A stretch of 64,000 bases of DNA from Caecitellus pseudoparvulus (taxonomy: Eukaryota > Protista > Bigyra: Bicosoecida), in contig CBFFRQ010000039.1 in the NCBI GenBank assembly GCA_965644315.1, positions 1-64,000 of the forward strand, in the 5' to 3' direction. Numbering within the stretch: the stretch's first letter is position 1; each line of letters begins with the position of its first letter. The notes beneath the pieces were generated by a model, which saw only the letters and a program-made list of their open reading frames with translations, did not search any database and was not told the DNA's origin. Shown one piece after another: positions 36,643 to 46,683 of the stretch. A program made the position numbers and the translations under genes.

Positions 36643-37237
36643 CTACCTTCGAGCCAGGAGGGGAAGGGCCTGGAATCCACCTTTGCGCCGCTTCTTCGCT
36701 TTGTGCTTGGGCGCAGAAGGTGCCGTGGCGGCAGGTACACGCTTGGAAGCGATGTTTGCCCGCCTGCGAGGGAGGCGAGCGGTGTCCGTGGCGACAATGG
36801 GCGCCACGGAGGAGTCGTATTCAAATGTACGCACGATTCTTCTCCCATGCCGGGCCCCGCCTCGTCGTCGCTGCTCCCAGCATCCACTGCGGCTTGGATG
36901 GCTCGGCGCCTGTCGCGTTGCATGGCCTTTTCCAATGCCCCGCCTGCGCCTCGCGACTGCCCCACAGCCTGGCCGGATGCAGCAGCTTCCGCTGCCTGTG
37001 TCAGGAGATGCAGCGATGTTCCAGCACGCAGCTAGCGTTCATGGGCTCGGTGCGCAGACTCACTTGCTCCTTTGCAGATGGCAGCAGAAGTCGCCGATGT
37101 GCCTCTTCCGCTGCAGCCGCGGCCTTGGACGAGATGAAGGAGCTTTGAGAGGTATCGTATGATACCTTTCCTTTCTCAGCTTCAGCAAGCCACTTGTCCA
37201 CCAGCTCTTCCGCGTTGGAGTAGTATTCAATGTTCAT
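36643..37237 (-). CDS. Small charged hypothetical protein (acidic patch plus basic NLS-like tail), 2 introns
   Basis: MNIEYYSNAEELVDKWLAE..KEQ|AAEAAAS..SSDDEAGPGMGEES|RANIASKR..KHKAKKRRKGG, with GTGAGT and GTGCGT donors. Confidence 0.6.
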
Positions 37238-37577
37238 TGCCAGCCCAGGAGCGCGGAATTTGCCAAGGAAGCTACTCTCAGTGCAGCACAAGATAGGGAA
37301 AAGGTGCAGTCCAGTGAAACGATGGGAGTACGCAAGTTTGAGTCACATGCCCTCAGAGGCTGTTGTGCATTTTACGCATGGCTTGGGATTGCAAGGTGGG
37401 TATGTGCTGTGTGCCAATTTCCGCAGTCGTGCGAGCACCGTCTGCTGCCAAACTATACCCCCACGACAAATCAGAAAGGTTCTTGTTGTAAATCTAACAT
37501 ATACATTACCTTGTCACATATACTTGTGGCTTGCAGGGACTGTGCTGTGCAGGAAGCGCCCAACGCGAGGCAGGGCC

Positions 37578-40169
37578 ATGAGCAACAGCAAGCACAGCGC
37601 AAGCTCGCCTCTTTCCCTCGGCAACGTCGCCGAGCACCCTCTGACAGCAAGGGAAGGCGGGGAATCTAAGCAAGACTCCGAGGTTACGATATGGATTGGG
37701 TCTTCCAAGCATGTCTTGCGCCGGGCGGAGGAGGCGGGGCGGTTGCTGCCTTGCGTGCGACGCGCACTCGACACGCCGACGGGCGAGCTGCGGTGGCCTG
37801 CGCACACTGAGCTGCGCCGCAACTTTGGCAGGTTCGAGCGCGCGCTGCATCACGTGATGGATGGCATGCTAGACGCAACGCCGTATGTGCCGGACGGGCG
37901 ACTCACGTCCGCGCTGAATTGGGACTGCATTGGCGTGCTTGTGGCGCATGCGCCGCTGGCCATGCTGCAGGCCATGGCCCGGCCATACAGCCGCAAGTAC
38001 AGCGTCACCCGGCTGGCTTCCGACCCAGCCTGTAGACTGCCGTTATGGTTCTCCACGTGCTTGCACCTCGCCGGGACGGAGCAAGCCGTGGCCAGGCTCA
38101 GCGTGCTGCTGTCTGAGCTGACGCTGACTCCTGCAGGGGCTGCGGTTGTGCACGCAGCCGTGCGCGAGGCAGGGCTCGATGCCAGCCATCTTGGTGGCAG
38201 TGCTGACCAGTCCTTTGAAGCTGCCCTGCAGGCAGTGTGCCAAGAGGGGCTCACCCTGCCCAGCTCGTCAAACGCTCTGCTCCTGGCTCTGGACATCCTC
38301 TGCGGCACAGCCTGCCTGCCCGCCTTGCAAGCTCTGGCCCCCGTGCTATCTGACCTGTTCGGTGCGCACGAGGTCAGCGGCCAAACTGTGGCATACTCAT
38401 CCCAAACCGCCTTTGGCATGTGGGAGGCGACTTACATTTCGGCTGTGCTGCACTCAGGCCAGCCGCCGTTTGCTTTCTTGCAAGCCATGGGCGAAGCCTG
38501 GACATACTCTTCTGTCCACGCCGACTGGATGACCCCCGAGTGTGTCCTGCTGAATGTAGTTGAGGTTGGGAGTGCGCAGGGGGTACGTGCCGCCGTGGAA
38601 GAGTTCGGTGGTGGCCTCAAGCCGAGTGCACACTACTCGGAGCGACTGCTCCGCGCTGCATGCTTCACGGGATCAATTGAAGCGATTGACACTCTCGTTG
38701 CGGCGGGCCTTATCATTCCACCTGATCCCAGTGCATTTTTGCACACTGGCAGCACAATTTCCCCTCAGATCATCAACCTGTGTGAGGCGGCGAGGTCAGG
38801 CTGCATCGACATGCTGCAGCGTGCTGCGACAGAGTTCGATGCTGCCGTTCAGGGTGCTACAGATCAAGGGGACGGGTGGGGGCACGGGCGGCACCCACAC
38901 CAGAGTGAAATGGAGTGGAGGTGTGCTCAGGCACTGGCCCGCGTTCTGCACGGAGGGCACGTGGACTGTGCGCAGCTGTTGTTCGAGAAGGCGCGCCAAG
39001 TGCTGCCCCCGCTAGCCTTGGTGTCACTTGCAGTGTGGCAAGGGTGCTTAGAGGGAGGACACCCTGCCGCATTGGCGTGGTTTGACGATGTTCTCCTTCC
39101 CGCAGCTGCGGCGGCAGCGACAGCGGGTGGTCCACACCACTCAGCCTTCTTCCCCCGCCCAGCCGTGGACACGCTGGCACGGTCATTAGAGGGCTGCGCA
39201 GCGGAGTGTGTGACGCCCCGCTCCTTCTTCTTCTTGCTGCGTCACGTGGCCCAACCGGTTCGAGAACTTGGCGCCCAAGCCGTCACCACGCAGCAGCTGC
39301 GATTGTGGCTGGGGACTCTCGCGCCAGCAGTGTTCCGCTCTCCCCATGCTGACGTGGCCCGCTGTGTAGTGGCCCTGTTTACAGAGCCTTGCTCTCAGTT
39401 TGCCCTGTCCCTGGAAGATCATGGCACTGAAGGGCAAGTTCTGCTGTCTCGCATGACTCCGCTGCTGCCGGATGTGCGCTTGACTACCCTGCCCGTGTTG
39501 CTCGAGTTGCTGACAGCGCTGCGCCCTTTCTCAGTTCACTGTGCCCCCGAGAAGAGTCTGATGCACATGATGCGATCGGCCATCGCCCGATTTGTGGGTG
39601 GGTCCTGCCTGGATGAGCACCCCAAACTCTTGCCTTCCGCTCGCGAGCGATGGCGTGCGCTGGTCCGATTCTTGAGCGAGCGCTGGGCAGATGATGCTGT
39701 GCAGCGCAGCACGGCGAGTGAGGAGAAGCTCATCCAAGCTGGACTCAAAGCTGCCCTGGCAGGCACCTTGCCTGTGACTGCTGTTGACTGCCTGAACCCA
39801 GCCGGGCAGCCAGTCTGGCCCATGGTGTGTTTTGGCCAGGCCCTGCTGGACGACGCCACAGGCCACATGCGGCTTCAAGAATCTGCTCTGGAGCAGCGAG
39901 TTCATGAGATTGAGCTGAGTTTTGCAGAAGGAAAGGTTACATCACCTGTGTATGTAGAAGAGGCCCGGGCTCGCCTGGCAGCGTACCGGCAGGGTGCTGG
40001 GTGTGCCCTCACCGCGGTGCTCCGGCACCCAGCGGAAGACGGGCCCCTTGACCTGGACATATCAACCACGCTGCGCGCAGCAATGGGCGACGCAACCTGG
40101 TCTGGTGGCCATGGCTTGCACGATCGGCGGTCACTCGTGTTGCTGCGCCACGCCCAGCACACCGACTGA
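37578..40169 (+). CDS. Divergent ankyrin-repeat-like protein, intronless
   Basis: LLRAACFTGSIEAIDTLVAAG, LCEAARSGCIDML, LARVLHGGHVDCAQLLFE and WQGCLEGGHPAALAW. Confidence 0.6.
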   Translation: MSNSKHSASSPLSLGNVAEHPLTAREGGESKQDSEVTIWIGSSKHVLRRAEEAGRLLPCVRRALDTPTGELRWPAHTELRRNFGRFERALHHVMDGMLDATPYVPDGRLTSALNWDCIGVLVAHAPLAMLQAMARPYSRKYSVTRLASDPACRLPLWFSTCLHLAGTEQAVARLSVLLSELTLTPAGAAVVHAAVREAGLDASHLGGSADQSFEAALQAVCQEGLTLPSSSNALLLALDILCGTACLPALQALAPVLSDLFGAHEVSGQTVAYSSQTAFGMWEATYISAVLHSGQPPFAFLQAMGEAWTYSSVHADWMTPECVLLNVVEVGSAQGVRAAVEEFGGGLKPSAHYSERLLRAACFTGSIEAIDTLVAAGLIIPPDPSAFLHTGSTISPQIINLCEAARSGCIDMLQRAATEFDAAVQGATDQGDGWGHGRHPHQSEMEWRCAQALARVLHGGHVDCAQLLFEKARQVLPPLALVSLAVWQGCLEGGHPAALAWFDDVLLPAAAAAATAGGPHHSAFFPRPAVDTLARSLEGCAAECVTPRSFFFLLRHVAQPVRELGAQAVTTQQLRLWLGTLAPAVFRSPHADVARCVVALFTEPCSQFALSLEDHGTEGQVLLSRMTPLLPDVRLTTLPVLLELLTALRPFSVHCAPEKSLMHMMRSAIARFVGGSCLDEHPKLLPSARERWRALVRFLSERWADDAVQRSTASEEKLIQAGLKAALAGTLPVTAVDCLNPAGQPVWPMVCFGQALLDDATGHMRLQESALEQRVHEIELSFAEGKVTSPVYVEEARARLAAYRQGAGCALTAVLRHPAEDGPLDLDISTTLRAAMGDATWSGGHGLHDRRSLVLLRHAQHTD

Positions 40170-40369
40170 GCACGTCAGGTAGCGTGCACCTTGACCTCGG
40201 TCAAGACTACGTGGCAAATTCCGATCCAAGTGTCAATATTCTGCACCCATTCTTGCAATCCACACGGACACGCCATCGAGGAGCCTTGTTTCTGCTGGAG
40301 CATCGCTTGCAGACGCAGGTGCACTGCGTGCTGTGTCACAGCGTAGCCCGGCCCTGACAGTTCAGCGCC

Positions 40370-41110
40370 ATGATCGGCAGCTTCGGCGGCGAGGACGATG
40401 CAGCGAAGAAGAAGGCGGCAGTGGTGAGCATTGTTGCAGGTTTCTTGTACGGGGTGTCATGGTGGGTGTTCATCGACGCCTTCGCGCTGAACTCAGGAGA
40501 CGAGACCACCAAGCGTGAGTTTCATGTGCGTTGCGCTGACAGACCTGCCCGCACATGAAGCCACCCTGGTCGGTCCTCAGGTGCTGTGGGGTATGCTTGG
40601 CTACCACTGGTCGGGACAACTATTGCATTCATCATGTGAGTGCCCAGCGTTGCGGGTGGGGCGCATCGACGCCGTGCATGGTGCGCGGTGCAGAGGACTG
40701 GCCTGGCCAGAGAGGTTTCCCAGACACTTCCGCGGGACTCGCTTGCACGCCTGCGCGCGCTGTCTTCGCGCAGGATTAACGGCATGAATTGGTCTGAAAT
40801 GAACGAGAACAGCATGCTGGCAGGGGCAAGTCCGCAAGTGGCGGCGCGCGCGAGGTGCGTCTCATCCTGCACCCGCTCCGCTGCATCCACGCACGCCAAT
40901 GTCTGACGAGCATGCCGCAGGCTCTTCCTCGTGGCCGCCATCTTCATCTCCCTCGCTTGCCTGGCTGCGAGCCTGTTCATCATGGCAGATGTATTCTTAT
41001 CTAAAGACGCTGCGCCAGACTTCCCCGGCATCAGCGTCTTCGTCGCCTGCCTGCTGCAGTTCCTCGCGACCTGGATCATGCGCGCCGGCACAATCCCCTC
41101 TGACGAATGA
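40370..41110 (+). CDS. TMEM50: TMEM50/Vps68 (UPF0220) membrane protein, 3 introns
   Basis: Spliced: SIVAGFLYGVSWWVFIDA..WLPLVGTTIAFIMING..ARARLFLVAAIF..PGISVFVACLLQF, matching the family hallmarks GWWxxIDA, MIN and AR.W/LLF. Confidence 0.85.
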
Positions 41111-41138
41111 GCCCCGCCCCATGCAATGCACTGCTGCG

Positions 41139-44100
41139 TCATGCAGGCGTAGTCATGGACGCGGCGGCGCCAGGCTCCATGTCTGCGCCCAGCGCCACAC
41201 AAGGCGGCAAACTGGTTGGATCGGGCACGGTCATGGCGGCGGTGATGACGGGGGTGCACACTGGCGGGCCAGGGACTGACGCGACGCCAAAGGTGCTGGC
41301 CTGCGCAGACTGGGGGCCAGCCTGCGCCGCCAACTCTGACCCTGCTTGGTGAGAGACGGTCAAGTCACACACAGCCTCTGCGTCCACTTCGCCTGTGGGC
41401 CGCAGCAGCGGGCGGTGGGAAGCCGCGCGTCTGCCCACTAGGCAGGCGTACATGCCATCTTCCTCGACATGGCTCTCCGCCCCACCGCCAGGGGGGCCTC
41501 CTCCCCATCCGCCGTCCGCAGCACCCACCGCGTCAGACACGCCCGGTGCGTGGGGTCCGTCCCCCAGCCCAACCGTGGGCACGCTTGCGAATGGTCCAGA
41601 GGAGGGGCGCTCCAATCCGGCACTGGCCTGGCCTGTCATGGCAGCTGCAGCTGCCGCCAGCTGGGATGCGGAGGTGCCACCAGCCCCCCCTGAGCCGGTG
41701 TCGGGCAGCCCGGAAAAGTGCACGCCTGAGGAGCGGAGGTGGTGGTCCAGTGACACGCCCTGCGCGGCGCATGTCTCTGCGAACTTGCGGTAGTCCCTGC
41801 ACATGCCCAGGAGCAGGAGCTGCCAGTGCGCCACCCACCGACGAGTGTCGAAGAGGGGGGTGGTTGAGCGGGAGGCAGAGAGTTTGGCCTGCAGCGCACG
41901 CAGGCGGGGCAAGTCGCTCGCGTACTGGATGATTTTGGCTTTGTAGTCCTGCAGGTCCACTGCGATGAGCTCTGGGTGCCCCACAGCGCCCAGGAGGGAG
42001 GCGCCGACACGAGAGGCCAGGGACTCCAGCGGCAGGGTGATGATGGGCACGCCGCCCCAGAGAATGTCCGTTCCCGTTGTGTGTGCGTTGCACAGGGGGG
42101 TGTCCAGGAACAAATCCGCACACCGCCCTCGGGAAATGTGCTCGGCCTTGGGCGCCACAGGCGAGAAGACGAGTTGCGCGGGCGGCACGCCGGCCCTGGC
42201 AGCTGCCGCGCGGATGTTGGCTTCCCCCGCGGCGGGGAACTGCAGCAGCCACAGGACGGCGTTGGGCAGCGCCTTCAGCACAGCACACCACGTGTCAAAG
42301 ACAGTGGGGTCGATTTTGTACAGCTGGTTGAACATGGCCAGCACCACGCCCTTGTCACGGGGAGGAAGTCCGTACGTCGCACGCACGGCGTCCACTTCGT
42401 GCGGCTCAAGCGGCTTGCCAGCATCCAGGAACGACTGCATGTGGTCATTAACAAAGTAGCAGTGAGGCATGTATGCGAGTTTTTCAGAGTACAGGTGCGC
42501 CAGGCGAGGGGGCGACGCGATTCGGTCCGACACGAAGTACTGCATGTAGTGTGCTCCCGACGAGCCCGGAAAACCCAAGTACATGGCCTGCACGGGGGCA
42601 GGGCGCAGCGCGAAGACCTCCGTGCGGGAGCCTTTTGTGTAGCCGTTCAAGTTCACCAGGATGTCGATTTCGTCCCGCCGAATGCGGTCTGCCAGCTCGT
42701 CATGCGCCAAGCCTGCTGCCTCGACGAAGTGTTCTACCCCCGCTTGGATCTTGGCGCGCCACTTACTGCCGTCCCCCGCAGACGTCGCGTACGCAAACAC
42801 CTCAAAGCGGCGCCGGTCGTGCCAGACGAAGACATTGTTCATCAGGTGTGCCAGAGGGTGGTTGCCTAGGTCCGATGAGACGTACCCCACCCGCAGCCGC
42901 CGCGGCTTCACGCCTGGCGTCGCCGAGGCGCCCCCACCAGGGGCCCCAGACACAGATGGACACAGCCCACACTCTTGCTCTAAGGCTTCCAAGCTCTGCA
43001 GGCGCTCCCTCACTGTCGCAGGCGTCCACTGGTGGGGCTCCAACCCCAGCACACGAACATGCCGCAGCGCACTGCGGGCGTAGTGCACAGCCAGCTCCAG
43101 CTGCTCCGTGCCCGTGAGCGGGTACACCAGGGCGTGGTGAGGCTGGACAGATGGCACCTGGCCCTTCACCATCTGCTGCGCCACAAGCTGCTTGGTCTTG
43201 CGGAAAATGGCGCCCCGCTGACGCCAGTCGCACACTGTCTGCAGGCAGTGCACCAAGTTGCAGTAGGCGATGGGGTCTGTGGAGCGCTGCCGAAGCCTCA
43301 AGCTGCGACGGTAGAATTCAATGGCTTTGTCGAGCTTGGCGGTATCCTTGTACACGGAGGCAAGGTTCCCCAGCGCGTCGGCGAAGTCAGGGCGGATCGC
43401 AATGGCTTGCTTGTACGCCTCGGCCGCCTCACTGAACCGGCCCAAGTCCTTCAGCGCATTGCCCCGATTCGACCAAGCATCCGAGAAGGAGGGGTCCGCT
43501 GCCAGCGCTGCGTCGTACTCCTCCAGGGCCTCCTGCAGTCTGTGCTGCTCCTTCAGCAGGTTGCCCAGGTTGGAGTGGGCCCCTGCAAAGTCCGGGCGCA
43601 GCGAAATGGCCTTGCGGTACATGCGCTCGGCAGTCACCGCATCGCCCGCATCCTTGTACGTGTTGGCTAGGTTGTTCAGCGCATCAGTGTGAGTGGGCTG
43701 CAGCTCCAGTGCACGTCGGTAGCTTTCAATGCTATCTGACAGCCGCCCGGCAAACTTCAGTGCGTTGCCACGGTTGCTCAGGGCATCTGGAAAATTTGGC
43801 TCCATGGCCAGGGCCCTGTCAAACAGCTCCAGTGACCTGTCAATGTCCCCCAGCTCCAAGTGCACCGCTGCCAGGTTGCCCCACACCACGGCCTGTTCCG
43901 GGTTCAGCGCCAGGGCCTGTTCGTAGCAGGCTCTCGCTTCAGCCAGGTGCCCAGAGTCCTTGTACACGTTGCCCAGATTGGAGTGCGCGTCGGCAAAGTG
44001 TGGGTCCAGCACGATGGCCTGCTTGTAGTGTGCCACGCTTTGCTGGATGTTGCCTGCGGTGGGCAGCACCCAAGTCGGTGAGGGCGGCACGGCAGGCGGC

Positions 44101-45074
44101 AGGGCAGCGAAACTGCAGCGCGGCGCACCCACCTTCATCCTTGTACACGCATGCTAGGTTGCTAAAGGCGATGGGGAACTGCGGGTTCACGGCGCAAGCC
44201 TTGATGAAGGCGAGCTTGGCCTCTTCCCGGCGCCCGCACAGCCTATGGATGTGCCCCAGGTCGACCAGCCAGCAGGCATTGCCGCCATTCAGCTCCAGTG
44301 CACGCTGGTAGTGCTTCGTAGCTTCGTCTAACCGTTGCAGCTGCAGCAGCACGCCTGCCATGTTGCCATGGGCGTCAGCGTACCTGCGGCAGGAAACAGG
44401 GGAGTGATGGGCTCTGTCAGTGCTGCGCATCAGAGGCCAGCGCCGCCAACGCACGCCTCCTTGAGCTGCAGGGCCTTGGTGTAGTGCTGGAGTGCCTCCT
44501 CGTACTGGCCGCGCTCCTTGAACACGTTGCCTGCGAAAGGCAGCACAAGTGCTACGTGCCCCAGCACGCCAGCACCAACGCTTCTGAGTTCCTCCCACCA
44601 GGCCAAGAGGCATTGTAGGGGGTGCTGGGCAAGGCAGCATGCGCGAACATACGGTGCACACCAGTGCACAGCTTTTTGGCATGGCCGCCGCGGCCACTCC
44701 ACAAGGGATCGCTGTAGACGACGGGGCTTTCTAGAGTGGATGTCGTCGCTGCGACGCTCCAGCGACCAACGACACCAGCTTTTGGGCTGTCGAGGGAGTT
44801 GAAATACCCAAACAGGAAAAGAAATACACACCGCCCACGATCACCCACCTGCGTTGCCATACGCTTCGGCGAAGCCCGGGTCTGCGGCAATGGCTTCTTG
44901 TGAGTATCGCAGGGACAGGTCCATCTCCCGCAGCATGAAGTAGCATGCGCTGAGCAGCAAGAGCGCCGGCAAGTCCACGCTTCCAGGGGCATCCACAATG
45001 GAGTGGCACTCCTTGGCAGCTTCGGAGTACATGCCCTGCTGGTACAGCGCATGTGCATGGTGGACGCTGGCCAT
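41139..45074 (-). CDS. OGT: O-GlcNAc transferase (OGT/SEC type, GT41) with N-terminal TPRs, 3 introns
   Basis: TPR array; HCLQTVCDW; PSVQPHH; GYVSSDLGNHPLAHL; DILVNLNGYTKG (OGT/SEC rather than SPY); FNQLYKIDP; DLFLDTPLCNAHTTGTDILW. Confidence 0.95.
44653..44786 (-). other. Candidate poison cassette exon within OGT intron 1
   Basis: Preceded by a pyrimidine tract and TCGACAG acceptor, followed by a GTATGT donor. 134 nt, with an in-frame TAG at 44731-44733. Confidence 0.45.
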
Positions 45075-45420
45075 GCTGCCGGTCAGGCCAGCACGCTGGC
45101 TTCGCCTAACCACCTCACTCCTGGCAGAAGTGAGATCGGCAATGCGTCGGCACTGCCACGAAGGGAGCCACAGTGTCTCCGTGGCTTGATACTCGCAACG
45201 CTTTTGCTGTTTTGGGGTTTGACTCTTGATCCGGGCGCGTTGTGCCTCGCTCGCTCGAGAAAAAATGTGGCACCACGCCGCGCCACCACACAGGGCCTGC
45301 ACAACCCAGCATGCGGACCAAAACTCCGACCATACCAAAGCATACCTGTACGCCACCACCCGCAAATTAAGGTTTGTCCCCTTCCCAGACCAGTTCCCCT
45401 GCTTCACCGCGGCGTGCGCC

Positions 45421-46683
45421 ATGGTAAAGTCACCAGCCAGCGCAGGAAGCCCAAGCAGGCGTAGGAACCTGCAAGTGAACGTCCCTGCCAGCCCTCCAAC
45501 AGAGCCACCGGCCTGGGCACTTGGTGCAGCACTTCCGAGGAGCCCAATTAGGGGCTCTGTGCCACAGGGTAGCCCACTGCCTCACACAGGGTCCATGTAC
45601 AAGTGGGAGGCAACTGCAGCTTTCGCAGACAGCCCATCCCCATACTATGGGAGGAGGGTGAGTGACAATGGCACAAGGGCAAGTCAGGGTACTCGCCTGC
45701 AGGCAAAACCTACGCTGCACCCTTTCAGATGACACGGACGCCCAGCTTCGGCATTGGCGAGCGTGGCTTTGGCGGGAGTAAGGGCTGAGACATGGCGGGG
45801 TGCCAAGTGAAGTGCACTTCTGTGACTCTGCGCGCTTCACCCCACCCCTTTCACAGGCCGCGCAGCCGTTGCAACTGAGCTAACATCTGCCATACCTTCT
45901 TCAGTGTATCCGAAAGCTGCTCACTTGCCGAGTTGCCGCTCCCCGAGCCTGGCCACTTCTGGGCGCGACGGTGCGTTGGCTTGCATGGCAAGGCTGGCCT
46001 TCGGCTCTCTGTGAGATTCTGCACCTGGTTGCTTCGCAGACGAGTACCGCAAATTCAAGAGCATGACACGGGGTATTCGGGCGGACTGCGCCTCCTACCT
46101 GCTCCCGAGCAGCCTCATGCAGCAGCCACTCAGCACCAAGCGCTCGACACCAAAAGTGTCCATCGGCAAAGGTACTGGGCGTAGTCAAGCCGACGCCGAG
46201 ATCAAGCGAGTCGCAAACCGCAGCCCCGGATTCGTGTACACCCTCCCCTCTACGTTAAAAACTTCGGGTGGACCCGGGTTTGGCGTTGGCAAGCGTTTCC
46301 AGCGCGTCCGGGCGTCGCACGAGGACAGTCCTGGACCAGGCAGCGTGAACCTGCCCTCCACGCTCGGCAAGCATGCCCGGTCCACTAAGATGAGAGGGCG
46401 CAAGGCATGGAGAGTTCGTGCGAATGTTGAGGCGCGCACAAATGGCCCAGGGCCAGCCCCCACGTCGTACACCATCCCTGGCACAGTTGGAACGATGGCC
46501 CGCGCATTCTCCATGCACAGCCGGGACGCGTGGCTGGAGCCAGCAGCCCGCAAGGAGTCGCCCACGTCGGATTTGGGGGCACTGCATTCTACTTGGGGGA
46601 GCATGCGCGCACAGCGGCACCAGAATTCGCCTGGCCTGGGGCGCGCTGGAAGTGCCTCGTTCTCACCCGTCCGGAGACACTGA
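45421..46683 (+). CDS. ODF3/SHIPPO-like PGP-repeat axonemal protein, 3 introns
   Basis: Repeats TPSFGIGER, SPGFVYTLPSTL..GPGFGVGKRF, SPGPGSVNLPSTLGK and GPGPAPTSYTIPGTVG..AFSMHSR. Confidence 0.7.
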
